Assembly: GCA_964623775.1 (NCBI GenBank)
Contig: CAZUVH010000002.1
Span: forward strand, 110,454 to 174,453
DNA: 64,000 nt
Direction: 5' to 3'
Source of the DNA: an uncultured Candidatus Saccharibacteria bacterium
Lineage (GTDB): Bacteria; Patescibacteriota; Minisyncoccia; Phycocordibacterales; UBA2100
Made by a program: the position numbers and the translations under genes. Positions 19,248 through 28,525 of the stretch are shown piece by piece. Within the stretch, counting starts at the first letter, position 1. Every line of letters begins with the position of its first letter. Under the pieces are notes generated by a model. The model saw nothing but the letters and a program-made list of their open reading frames with translations. It made no database searches and had not been told where the DNA came from.

Positions 19248-20501
19248 CTACGCAAGTATCAATACAAAGACTTTCCTTCCGCCTCGGCGGAGGATAGCAA
19301 TACCATTTTGAAAATCGCCCAATGCCAACGTGCGCTCCGGTTCTTGCACAGTCTCGCTTCGGAGGCTAATGCCTTTATCTGAAAGAAGCTGACGCGCTTC
19401 ACGCTTCGAGCTTGCAAGACTGGAGCGCACGAGCACGTCTATGATACTCTCACCCTCGTGGACCACGCATGAAGGAGCCTCTTTTTTCAACATCTCAAGC
19501 TTTTCGTCATCAAGTTCACCCACATCCTTACCGCCAAAAAGCACTTCCGACACCACCTTTGCGGTCTCCGCGACCTGTGCCCCATGCACCATCGTTGTTA
19601 TCTCGCGTGCGAGGAATTGCTGCGCGTATCGCTCTCCTTTATTTCTACGGTGCATTTCGAGCACCGCATCGATCTCCAATCTCGTAAGCATCGTCATCTT
19701 GAGAAGATACTCTTCTGCTGCTTCATCATCTGTATTTATCCAAAATTGGTAGAAGGCGTACGGTGACGTCTTCGCCGCATCAAGCCACACAGTCCCCGCT
19801 TCGCTCTTACCAAATTTCTTGCCCGTCGCTTTATTGATGAGGAGTGGCCAGGTGATCGCATATACAGTGTCACCCGTCTTGCGGCGTATGAAATCCACAC
19901 CTGAAACGATGTTGCCCCACTGATCTGAACCGCCCACTTGCAGGTCGCAGCCAAATTCCTGATGGAGATGGAGAAAGTCGTATGATTGCAAAAGTGCATA
20001 CGAAAATTCTGTGTAGGAGATACCTTCCTCTTCATTTTTTATACGATCTTTTACAAAATCCTTACTGAGCATTGAGTTGACCGTGAAGTGTTTGCCGACG
20101 TCTCGGAGGAATTCGATCATCTTCAGATCTGTAAGCCAGTCGGCGTTGTTTACCAGCGTGAAATCTGCGGAACCAAAAAGACGTTTCGCCTGTTCCGCAA
20201 TTTTCTCGGCATTCGAAGTGACTGTCTCGGCATTCAGAAGAGGACGCTCCACGCTCTTGCCGCCCGGATCACCGATCATGCCTGTGCCGCCACCGATGAC
20301 AAGAATCATTTTGTGACCATCCTCGAGAAACCTGCGAAGGAAAAGAAAACTCATGAGTTGTCCTACCTGCAGTGAATCAGCTGAAGGGTCGATGCCGAGA
20401 TAGAGCGTGCGCTTTTCACCGTCGGTAATCTCTTCGACAGTTTTCGACGAGTGCTGATTTATATACCCGCGCTCTTTGAGGATTTCAGATAAATTTGCCA
20501 T
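19248..20501 (-). CDS. tyrS: tyrosine--tRNA ligase
   Basis: Class I aaRS; KFGKS (KMSKS) motif, C-terminal S4-like domain. Confidence 0.95.
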   Translation of the reverse strand: MANLSEILKERGYINQHSSKTVEEITDGEKRTLYLGIDPSADSLQVGQLMSFLFLRRFLEDGHKMILVIGGGTGMIGDPGGKSVERPLLNAETVTSNAEKIAEQAKRLFGSADFTLVNNADWLTDLKMIEFLRDVGKHFTVNSMLSKDFVKDRIKNEEEGISYTEFSYALLQSYDFLHLHQEFGCDLQVGGSDQWGNIVSGVDFIRRKTGDTVYAITWPLLINKATGKKFGKSEAGTVWLDAAKTSPYAFYQFWINTDDEAAEEYLLKMTMLTRLEIDAVLEMHRRNKGERYAQQFLAREITTMVHGAQVAETAKVVSEVLFGGKDVGELDDEKLEMLKKEAPSCVVHEGESIIDVLVRSSLASSKREARQLLSDKGISLRSETVQEPERTLALGDFQNGIAILRRGGRKVFVLILA

Positions 20502-20513
20502 GGCGTCAGAATA

Positions 20514-20554
20514 TCATAAAAAATGAAGTGCCGGACTTCTAGAGAAGCCCGGCA
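20514..20554 (-). terminator. intrinsic terminator (gtgccgg...ccggcac) of gene 20561..21451
   Basis: 7-bp stem with 14-nt loop, followed on minus strand by cattttttat. Confidence 0.5.
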
Positions 20555-20560
20555 CGAAAA

Positions 20561-21451
20561 TCAGACGAGAGAGACTTTCTTGTCTGCCTTAAAGATCTTT
20601 TTTTGTTCACGAGGCTCTTTCGGCCACTGTTGGATCACGTCCTCGATCATATCGAGCGATGTGCGGAAATCGCACGCGACCGACTGAATGCCAGCCGAGA
20701 GACAAAGCGGATCACCGTCCTCGCCCACAAAGGATACACTCCACTCGTTGACGATCAGGTCTTTACCCTCTTTGTAGTGGCTCGGCTTCGACGTATCGAT
20801 TCGTTTGGCAAAGGTGAACATAATACGACCAGCCACGATGCATGTGCGAAGCACGGTCTCGCCGAATTTTCCGCTCATTCCTTTCAGGTCACATTTGTCA
20901 GCCATCTCTCCAAGTCCGCGGCGATACACAAGACGCAAGAACTTGTCGAATGTCTGCTGGAGAACAATTTGCTGCGCATTGCAATATGAATGGATTTGAT
21001 TCGCGATCCAATCATTATCGAGCACGTCCTTCAGTGTAAATCCGAGCGCGGTCTGAACTGCTGACGTCTGGTCGAGAAGATTGCTTGCACCGAGGTCAGT
21101 GATATTGGGCACCTTGTGGCCCGTGCTCGCTTCGTACATCTTTCGATATTCAACCGCGTTGACATCGGTCCCTGTACGCAGATGTTCAAAGGCCTCAACC
21201 GCAAGCTGCGGAAGATGCGGCTCAATTCGCCAAAAGTCGTATTCCTCGTCCGCAGGTATTTTCACGGTCTTTAGATATTCCGCAAAAAATTCTGCAAAAG
21301 TCCGTTGACCCTTCCAGCGTGGAGTTTTACCGCCCGGCTTTCCACGGTTTAGGAGTTCGTAGTTCTCCTCATCGGGACTGTGCGAATTGGCGTACAGCTG
21401 CAATTTGTTGATCAACTCCTGCTTATGCATCGAATCCTCCTTTAAGGACAC
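20561..21451 (-). CDS. hypothetical protein
   Basis: 296 aa, no recognisable motif. Confidence 0.45.
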   Translation of the reverse strand: MSLKEDSMHKQELINKLQLYANSHSPDEENYELLNRGKPGGKTPRWKGQRTFAEFFAEYLKTVKIPADEEYDFWRIEPHLPQLAVEAFEHLRTGTDVNAVEYRKMYEASTGHKVPNITDLGASNLLDQTSAVQTALGFTLKDVLDNDWIANQIHSYCNAQQIVLQQTFDKFLRLVYRRGLGEMADKCDLKGMSGKFGETVLRTCIVAGRIMFTFAKRIDTSKPSHYKEGKDLIVNEWSVSFVGEDGDPLCLSAGIQSVACDFRTSLDMIEDVIQQWPKEPREQKKIFKADKKVSLV

Positions 21452-21491
21452 TGTGGGCTGACAAACTTATATTACAGAAGCTGAAACGAGT

Positions 21492-21878
21492 CTAGCTGTC
21501 GCGTTGTTGTTCACGCTCACGAACCTCGTGCTCATCCATACCAAAATGGTGGGCAAATTCGTGCCAGATGGTCTCGGCGACGACATCCTGCACGTCCTTC
21601 GCGTCTTCAATCGCAGCTTCCTGGATCGGCAGTTTGTAGAGTGTAATCGTATCCGGCAGCGTCGCGCCCACCCCATACATATCGCCCCGGGCAGTGAGCG
21701 GAATGCCGCGATAGAGCCCGAGCAGAGTCTCGTCGTCTTCGAGTCCCTCTTCGCGGCGCACCTCTTCCGACGGAAGGTCTTCGATCAAAATCGCGACATT
21801 CGAGATTTTCTTGCGTACCCACTCGGGAAGGCGTGCGTACCCTTCGGCTACCATTTTTTCAAACTCCTCGTGCCTCAT
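21492..21878 (-). CDS. minimal zinc metallopeptidase-like protein (HExxH; DUF1025/zincin-like)
   Basis: TIWHEFAHHFG motif near C-terminus; about 129 aa from internal Met MRHEEFEKM. Confidence 0.55.
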   Translation of the reverse strand: MRHEEFEKMVAEGYARLPEWVRKKISNVAILIEDLPSEEVRREEGLEDDETLLGLYRGIPLTARGDMYGVGATLPDTITLYKLPIQEAAIEDAKDVQDVVAETIWHEFAHHFGMDEHEVREREQQRDS

Positions 21879-21934
21879 AGCACGACTATAGCAAAACTTT
21901 GTTATAGTTCTCTCCAGGCAAACGGAGGTTACAA

Positions 21935-22423
21935 ATGAGAAATCTTTTGCATTCTTTGCGAACTGCAGCACTTTCTGGTGCCGTGATCCTTTCCACACTC
22001 TCGATTGCACATGCTTCCGGACCTTTCGACGCTCTCACGGGGCGATGGAGTGGGTCGGGCAGAATCAACTTCGATGACGGTAGTGGTGAGAGACTACGCT
22101 GTAATGCCAACTACAGCGTCAGTGGCGACCAGCTTCGGCTGGACCTGACCTGTGCGAGCGACAGCTACAAGATCGAGGCCCACTCAAATGTTCGCTACAA
22201 CAGCGGGTTCATCAGCGGCAATTGGAACGAATCGACGCGAAATCTCGGCGGTGAAGTCTCAGGTTCTGCAGGTGGAAATACAATCAGGGCAAATCTCGAA
22301 AGCGGTGGAAGTACGCTCCTGAGTATGACAGTGGTCACCAACGGCGCCGCGCAGTCGATACGGATTGCACCACAGCAAGGCACGGGTATCAAAAGCGTGC
22401 AGATCAATATGACGCGCAAATAA
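21935..22423 (+). CDS. secreted hypothetical protein (signal peptide)
   Basis: N-terminal signal peptide LSGAVILSTLSIAHA; Gly/Ser/Asn-rich beta-like sequence. Confidence 0.5.
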   Translation: MRNLLHSLRTAALSGAVILSTLSIAHASGPFDALTGRWSGSGRINFDDGSGERLRCNANYSVSGDQLRLDLTCASDSYKIEAHSNVRYNSGFISGNWNESTRNLGGEVSGSAGGNTIRANLESGGSTLLSMTVVTNGAAQSIRIAPQQGTGIKSVQINMTRK

Positions 22424-22430
22424 CATCAAA

Positions 22431-22457
22431 GCCCGACAGATGTCGGGCTTTTTCTTT
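22431..22457 (+). terminator. intrinsic terminator (gcccgaca-ga-tgtcgggc + T-run)
   Basis: Perfect hairpin followed by tttttctttt. Confidence 0.65.
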
Positions 22458-22809
22458 TCCTACAAAGATAAACCCCCACATTCGCTAGGTTCGCGAATGC
22501 GGGGGTAGGTTCTTTACCGGGGCCAAACCCTAATGCGAGCAAATCGGCCTCGACGGCATCGGCCTACATAGGCCGCGCCTCTGCCGAATCTGCCCTGCCT
22601 GGCCGACGATCAGGAGATCGCGGCGCCGGCGCCGATGACGGTGCTGGTGCGGTTATCCAAAAACAATCTCTGATTCTTCACGCCTGGACACCTCCGTGTG
22701 GGGCAGCCTTGCCCGTTTGGATAAGGAACATATCGGCAGATTATCGGCCGACGTCGAGCAATATAAACTATAGTGAAATACTTGTCAATACCCCCAAAAA
22801 TGGCCTGAT

Positions 22810-23343
22810 TTAGGCCTGCTGCACGAGCTCGTAAAAGCGCTTTTTTACCTTTTCGATCTTGGGCTCGATGATGATCTGGCAATACGGGGCGCTCTTGTTC
22901 TCATTGTAGTAATTGGCGTGGTACGACTCGGCAGGAAAGAATTGCCCGAGTGGTACCACTTGCGTGACGACGCGCGTGCCGTCTTTGAGTGATTCGTCAA
23001 CATCCTTGATGATCTTCTCCGCAACCGCCTTCTCTTCAGTAGTCTCATAGAGAATCACGGATCGGTACTGCTCGCCCACGTCGTTCCCCTGCCGGTTGGG
23101 TGTCGTCGGATCGTGAGAGCCGAAAAATACAGTGAGCAAATCTTCATATGAAATAATCGCAGGATTGTATGTGACGCGGATCACTTCTGCGTGGCCCGTG
23201 CTGCCACTACTGACTTGCTCGTATGATGGGTTCTCAACCTTCCCGCCCGCGTATCCTGATTCTACTTTTGAGACGCCTTTCAACATCTGAAACACCGCCT
23301 CGGTGCACCAAAAGCATCCACCACCAAAGACAGCCGTTTTCAT
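22810..23343 (-). CDS. msrA: peptide-methionine (S)-S-oxide reductase
   Basis: GGGCFWC active-site motif at N-terminus. Confidence 0.9.
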   Translation of the reverse strand: MKTAVFGGGCFWCTEAVFQMLKGVSKVESGYAGGKVENPSYEQVSSGSTGHAEVIRVTYNPAIISYEDLLTVFFGSHDPTTPNRQGNDVGEQYRSVILYETTEEKAVAEKIIKDVDESLKDGTRVVTQVVPLGQFFPAESYHANYYNENKSAPYCQIIIEPKIEKVKKRFYELVQQA

Positions 23344-23384
23344 GCGTGCATTGTATCAAAAAACCGCAGCATGAGACTGCGGTC

Positions 23385-23765
23385 TTATTGTGTCATTCCC
23401 CTAAAGATGAGGAGGGTGATGTATATCCACGCAAGTGAATGCCCCGCGAAGACGAAAAGGTCCCCAACACTCACGAGCCACCACTTTTTTCCTATAGAAA
23501 TGAGGTGGCGATCAGCGAGCCAAGAACTGCGCACTTTTTCATCGATCGATATGTAGTCACGCCTTTTCTCTACGAATGAAGCGTTCTGCTCGATTATTTT
23601 CGCGGGCATCCGGGCTTGCTGATCGAGCATATTCGCATTCATGACGTACCTATTCATGAATACGCCGATGACAACTATCGGAAACATGAGCATGAAGACG
23701 TAATCACCGTTACTCATCGCCACTATAGGCATGATGAGTATCACCATGAAGTGAATTGGGAACAC
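23385..23765 (-). CDS. hypothetical membrane protein
   Basis: 126 aa with 3-4 hydrophobic helices. Confidence 0.4.
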   Translation of the reverse strand: MFPIHFMVILIMPIVAMSNGDYVFMLMFPIVVIGVFMNRYVMNANMLDQQARMPAKIIEQNASFVEKRRDYISIDEKVRSSWLADRHLISIGKKWWLVSVGDLFVFAGHSLAWIYITLLIFRGMTQ

Positions 23766-23800
23766 TGGGAGATCCTCCTTCTACCTCAGAAAAGAATACA

Positions 23801-25240
23801 CTATATTTTCGGGCGCAAAAGTGGGAAGAGCTGCGTTTCGTGCGCTGGCTTGTTCTCAAGAAAAGCGAAGAGGCGTTCGGAGACGCCAAAGCCAAATGCG
23901 GGCGGCATGCCGTATTCCATCGCACGGACGAAACCCTCATCGAGGCGCTGGGCTTCGTCGTCTCCGGCGTCGCGCATTTTCTGCTGCTCCTCAAATCGTG
24001 CACGCTGGTCAAGTGGGTCGTTGAGTTCACTATAGCCTTTGCCTACTTCACTTCCGGCGATAAGCACCTGCAGTCGCTCAACTGTCTCTGGGTTGCTGCC
24101 ATTGCGCTTCGCAAGCGGCTCAAGAAAGACCGGAACGCCTACGAGAAATGCGGGACCAGAGATCGTCTTGCGGATCGATTTCCAGAGGTGGTCGATCGCG
24201 CGAGCCTTATTGAGCTTTTCACCTACCTCGATCTTGGCATCACGCACTGCCTGTATTGCCTCGTCTTCACTGCACGACTGTGGATCGATGCCGAATTTAT
24301 CCCTGATAGTGTCGCAAAAGCTGATCACCTTCCACTCGTCGGCAAAATCCACCGTATGACCATTGATCTCAAACGTGTATTTTCCGTACACCTCTTTTGC
24401 GACATGGCGATAGAGTTCTTGCACAAAGTCTCTGCCCTTTTTGAGCGAACTGTATGCCTCATAACTCTCAAGCTGCGTGTAGTCCTGCAGGTGCTCACGC
24501 GACTGGCCTTCATTGCGGAAGATGCGGCCGATCTCAAAGACTTTCGGGAATCCGGCGACGAGCAGCTCCTTTTGCCACAACTCGCCTGCTGAAATACGGA
24601 GGTAGACGTCGATATCGAGTGCATTGTGATGTGTGACAAATGGCCTAGCATCCGCGCCACCCGGAGAATTCTCCAAGATAGGAGTCTCGACTTCCATGAA
24701 GCCGCGTGCGAGATAGAAATCACGGATCGCCTTCCAGAATTTCGCCCGACGATCAAAAATCGCGCGTGTCTCGGGACTGAGGAGGATGTCGAGATAGCGC
24801 TCGCGAAGTCGAAGCTCCTCATCCTTGATACCGAAGTGTTCGGTCGGCATCGGTGCAATGGATTTTGCGAGCATTTTCCATTTCGTGACCTTGAGTGATT
24901 CTTTGCCACGCTGCGTCTTGAATCCTGTGCCTGAAAATTCTACAAAATCCCCCGCGTCGGCAGTCTTTTCGAAAAGTTCGATTTTATCGGTCGTGTCTGC
25001 CTGGAGTACCGCCTGGCCGCGACCCGTGCCGTCGAAAATATCGGCAAACATAATGCCACCCTGGCCGCGGAGTGACATGATGCGACCAGCAAGAATCGCA
25101 TTTTTTCCCTCCTCAAAATTATTGAAAAAATCGCCCACGGATGTATCGCGCTCGGTCTCAGCCGGATACGCCTCCATCCCCGCCTCCTTTAAAAGTTCTA
25201 ATTTTTTGAGCCTCTCAGCCCTGATATCAGCTTCACTCAT
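23801..25240 (-). CDS. lysS: lysine--tRNA ligase (class II)
   Basis: Anticodon-binding OB fold then class II motifs (FRNEG, GGADARPF, GIGIDRL-like); start taken at MSEADIRAERL. Confidence 0.9.
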   Translation of the reverse strand: MSEADIRAERLKKLELLKEAGMEAYPAETERDTSVGDFFNNFEEGKNAILAGRIMSLRGQGGIMFADIFDGTGRGQAVLQADTTDKIELFEKTADAGDFVEFSGTGFKTQRGKESLKVTKWKMLAKSIAPMPTEHFGIKDEELRLRERYLDILLSPETRAIFDRRAKFWKAIRDFYLARGFMEVETPILENSPGGADARPFVTHHNALDIDVYLRISAGELWQKELLVAGFPKVFEIGRIFRNEGQSREHLQDYTQLESYEAYSSLKKGRDFVQELYRHVAKEVYGKYTFEINGHTVDFADEWKVISFCDTIRDKFGIDPQSCSEDEAIQAVRDAKIEVGEKLNKARAIDHLWKSIRKTISGPAFLVGVPVFLEPLAKRNGSNPETVERLQVLIAGSEVGKGYSELNDPLDQRARFEEQQKMRDAGDDEAQRLDEGFVRAMEYGMPPAFGFGVSERLFAFLENKPAHETQLFPLLRPKI

Positions 25241-25346
25241 GCGAGCAATAATACCATTCAATCTGTGAGTATTCGCAAGTTTTTCAGAAATTTGACACAA
25301 TACATTCTCCGTTTTAATCTGCGTTCGGAAACAGAAAGGACTTCAC

Positions 25347-25928
25347 ATGTCAAAAGGCGTGACTATGTTTCTTATTCTCCTTGCACTGATTTTTGGCGGA
25401 ATCGCCGGAGTGCTCGGTGGTCAGGTCTATTACGACTCGAAGAGGGTACAGACACCACAAACCGAAGAACGACAATCCTGGGAACTTCGACTCGAGCAGC
25501 AAAGAAAAGTTGCGCGAGTTAAACATGCGAGTGAACTCGGATTGCCGGCTGACGCTACTGACGAGGCTATCGAGGCGGCCGAAGCAAAAGCTGCCGAACG
25601 GATACGCATAGCAGATGCCGAGAGGCTGGGCCTTCCCCAAACAGCGACAGCCGAAGAAATCCGTGAGGAAGACGAACGCCAAGAGGATATGAAAAGTCGT
25701 GGCTTGCCCGCTGCAACGAAGGCGGAAGAGGCCTACCTCGCCGATGAACTCCTCAAGCGTGCAGAGGTCGCAGAAAGTCTGGGTCTTCCGGCTCATTCTT
25801 CATGGGAGAAGATCGAGGCAAAGAAAAATTTTGGGCTTCGAAATCTGGCCGGGCGTCTTGGCCTCTCACCGGAAGCTTCACTGGATGCAATCGAGATTGA
25901 GCTCGTTCGTCGCCAATCCAAGAATTGA
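25347..25928 (+). CDS. membrane-anchored protein with tandem LGLP-containing repeats
   Basis: N-terminal TM (MFLILLALIFGGIAGVLGG) followed by 4-5 degenerate about 27-aa repeats (..LGLPxxATxEEI..). Confidence 0.5.
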   Translation: MSKGVTMFLILLALIFGGIAGVLGGQVYYDSKRVQTPQTEERQSWELRLEQQRKVARVKHASELGLPADATDEAIEAAEAKAAERIRIADAERLGLPQTATAEEIREEDERQEDMKSRGLPAATKAEEAYLADELLKRAEVAESLGLPAHSSWEKIEAKKNFGLRNLAGRLGLSPEASLDAIEIELVRRQSKN

Positions 25929-25972
25929 ATTTCAACGCACAAATCCCGTCACCGACAAACGTGGCGGGATTT

Positions 25973-27076
25973 TTATATATTTTCCCGTACTAATATCCGA
26001 GTCGCTATCGCCGTCGTGATTGGTACCGCAAGTACAAGGCCGATAGAGCCGATGACCGCGCGCACGATCTCGGTCGCAAAGAGTTCACGATTGAGCGCCA
26101 TCGCTATACCACCCTCGCCAAATCCGTAGAAAAGGAGGAGGAGCGGAAGGGATGCGCCCACGTACGCAATCGCGAGAGTGTTTACGAGCGCACCGATGTG
26201 CTCGCGTCCGATACGCACGGCCCGGCGATACACTTCCCTGCGAGAAAGATGCTGTCCCGCAGACTCAAGCTCTTCTACCGACACCGCTTGTCCGATCGCC
26301 GCGTCGTAGAGCACGCCGAGCGTACCGATGAGAATACCGCCGATCAAAAGCCCGGCGAGATCGAGCGCGCCACGCGTATTGAGATTGAGATACGTCGTCT
26401 CTTCGGCGGTAAATCCGCTCAGATATGTAAACGGTATAGCCCAGTACGCGAGCGCTCCCGTGAAGATGACGGTCGTCACCATGCCGAGTACGGCGGTCGA
26501 CGTGGTCTTATTGAATCCATGTGTCACATACGAACCAAGTACAACAATGATCGAGGACACGCACACGGAGACGAGTATGGGTGAGTACCCCTGAAGCACG
26601 CCAGGCAGCAACATGAAGACAATAAAGAAGAGACTCCCAATCAACGCGATGAGACCGCGAGCACCCTGCCAGCCACCGAAGATAAGGACAACGGCGACGA
26701 ACATCGCAACGAGGAACGCGAGTTGCGGGAGACGGTACGGCTCCGACACCGTGTAAAAATCAGTGCCATCGAGATCACTCTTGGTGTGGGTGAGGTAAAA
26801 AATCTGTCCCGCTTTCATGTTGAGAAAGTCGTTTTCAATATCTATGACCTTCCCTTTCTCGGGACCGTCAATTATTTCTACCTTGATTGTTTGATAGGAG
26901 GTCTCTACATCTGTGCCGGGAATTTGGCGCCTTTCTTCGGAAATCACCTCAAGAACCTTGCCTTTCATCGTTACAACCGAATCTTGTGCTAGCTCCTGGG
27001 CTCCCGCCATATGCGGCGAGAGAGCTGAGAGCAGAATGCAGAACCCGATGAGGAATCGTTCGAAAGTCACGCTCAC
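25973..27076 (-). CDS. YibE/F family membrane protein
   Basis: Signal/anchor, soluble N-domain, then multi-TM region typical of YibE/F. Confidence 0.65.
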   Translation of the reverse strand: MSVTFERFLIGFCILLSALSPHMAGAQELAQDSVVTMKGKVLEVISEERRQIPGTDVETSYQTIKVEIIDGPEKGKVIDIENDFLNMKAGQIFYLTHTKSDLDGTDFYTVSEPYRLPQLAFLVAMFVAVVLIFGGWQGARGLIALIGSLFFIVFMLLPGVLQGYSPILVSVCVSSIIVVLGSYVTHGFNKTTSTAVLGMVTTVIFTGALAYWAIPFTYLSGFTAEETTYLNLNTRGALDLAGLLIGGILIGTLGVLYDAAIGQAVSVEELESAGQHLSRREVYRRAVRIGREHIGALVNTLAIAYVGASLPLLLLFYGFGEGGIAMALNRELFATEIVRAVIGSIGLVLAVPITTAIATRILVRENI

Positions 27077-27888
27077 ACTATATCTCGGACAACCCGATCT
27101 TGAAATACGATTTCTTCATGAGGCGGTTCCTCGTGAGGCAGATACGTAACGAGTAGAAACATGAGCACAATACCGATGATGAAGTAGAAAAAGTGTCTTA
27201 AATAGTGCGCTGACGTATGTGCAGAATTGAGCGAGTGCGGGATGAGATCGTGAAAAACTATAATCAGGTACCCGCCGACCGAGAGGCCGAGGAGCGGTAC
27301 TTCCAAGTATTCAAATTGATCGAGTAGAAAATACGCGCCGATCGTACCTATGAGTATCGTTGATGAGGAGAGGAAATTGTATACAAGCGCTCGCGTCACA
27401 GAGAGTCCCGACTGACGCAACACGAAGAACTCTGAAATTTCCTGCAAGCTCTCATGCAGGAGAATACTGAAGGTCGTCGCCATACCGACAATGGGCGAAG
27501 CCACAAATGAAGCAACGATAACAACACCGTCGCCGATATTGTGAATACCATCACTCACGAGTACTCGATTCGCATCGAGGCGCATATGCTGGTGATCAAG
27601 CGCGCCAGCGTCGTGGTGGTGGTGAAATTGTGGGATATAGCGAAATCCGATAAGCACAACCACCGCACCTATCGCTATCCATGGAAGGCCCGCGGCAAAT
27701 GAGCCCGCGTGCTCGATGATTTCCCGCGAGAGATTGAACGCAATAACAAGAAGGACGCCTGCGGCAAAGCTGACAAAGAAGTGAAGATTGCGGTCTATAA
27801 AAGGGCCGGCGATTCTCCACGTGACGAGCTTGCCCGAGAGTGATACGAGCATGACGAGAAGCGATGCGAGAAGTACGGTGACGAGCAT
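27073..27888 (-). CDS. ZIP family metal (zinc) transporter
   Basis: HNIGDG and HESLQE / HDLIPH motifs, His-rich loop (QFHHHHD); overlaps neighbours by 4 nt at both ends (operon). Confidence 0.75.
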   Translation of the reverse strand: MLVTVLLASLLVMLVSLSGKLVTWRIAGPFIDRNLHFFVSFAAGVLLVIAFNLSREIIEHAGSFAAGLPWIAIGAVVVLIGFRYIPQFHHHHDAGALDHQHMRLDANRVLVSDGIHNIGDGVVIVASFVASPIVGMATTFSILLHESLQEISEFFVLRQSGLSVTRALVYNFLSSSTILIGTIGAYFLLDQFEYLEVPLLGLSVGGYLIIVFHDLIPHSLNSAHTSAHYLRHFFYFIIGIVLMFLLVTYLPHEEPPHEEIVFQDRVVRDIV

Positions 27889-27890
27889 AC

Positions 27891-28403
27891 CTATTTAGTG
27901 GCGCACGAATTGCATGTGCCAAAAAATTCAAGCGCATGCGTATTGATCGCGGCAAATTTCTTTGCACTTTTCAGTACCTTGGATTCGACACGTTCGCCGA
28001 TGCATTCCTCCACATCTTCCATGATCCCGCAGTTGTTGCAGACAACGTGATGATGATGGTGCCCATGCAGCATTTCATAGTGCGCTCCACCTTGGCGGAG
28101 ATCACTACGAGAAAGAATCCCGGCTCTCGTGAGGGCCTCCAAAGAACGATATACGTTGGTCTCATCGAGGTTGCCTGTAATTCTTGCGGTGATCTGTGGC
28201 ACCGACAATGGGTGTCTCGCGCCTTTTAATATCGACAAGAGTTCCAGACGCCCCTCAGTTGAATTGAACCCATGATCACGAAGTGCGGATTGAAGGCTTT
28301 CCCGATCCGCTCCCTTGTAGAATTTTGACCGTTCCTTACGAAAAAATTCCCTTGTTGTCTTGAGATTTCTTTCAAAGGCTTTAATTGTCCGTTGCGCTCT
28401 CAT
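27891..28403 (-). CDS. Fur family transcriptional regulator, Zur-like by context
   Basis: Winged-helix N-domain, HGHHHHHVVCNNCG...C..C metal sites; first gene of operon with ZIP transporter. Confidence 0.8.
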   Translation of the reverse strand: MRAQRTIKAFERNLKTTREFFRKERSKFYKGADRESLQSALRDHGFNSTEGRLELLSILKGARHPLSVPQITARITGNLDETNVYRSLEALTRAGILSRSDLRQGGAHYEMLHGHHHHHVVCNNCGIMEDVEECIGERVESKVLKSAKKFAAINTHALEFFGTCNSCATK

Positions 28404-28428
28404 GAAAGCAGTGTAGCGTACGCAAGCC

Positions 28429-28497
28429 AAAAATGCAAGTTTCTTGCATTTTTGAAACCCTGGGGTAGTATGCCGCAATTGCAAGAAACTTGCATTT
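28429..28497. promoter_or_regulatory. two palindromic operator-like sites (AAAATGCAAG-TTT-CTTGCATTTT and TTGCAAG-AAA-CTTGCA) in the divergent promoter region
   Basis: Perfect 10-3-10 and 6-3-6 inverted repeats sharing the TGCAAG/CTTGCA core, about 46 bp apart, flanking a TAGTAT -10-like element. Confidence 0.55.
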
Positions 28498-28525
28498 ATT
28501 ATCAAGATACCTCGTAGTACTTCAT

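Noticed and set aside
20502-20560. Possible T-box leaders upstream of tyrS and lysS
   Set aside because: The upstream intergenic spaces are under 60 bp and are occupied by a terminator hairpin or the neighbouring gene. There is no room for a roughly 250-nt T-box.
22610-22882. 90-aa minus-strand ORF in the msrA-proximal intergenic region
   Set aside because: Arg/Ala/Gly-rich composition typical of out-of-frame GC-rich sequence; no ribosome-binding site; it overlaps the msrA 3' end.
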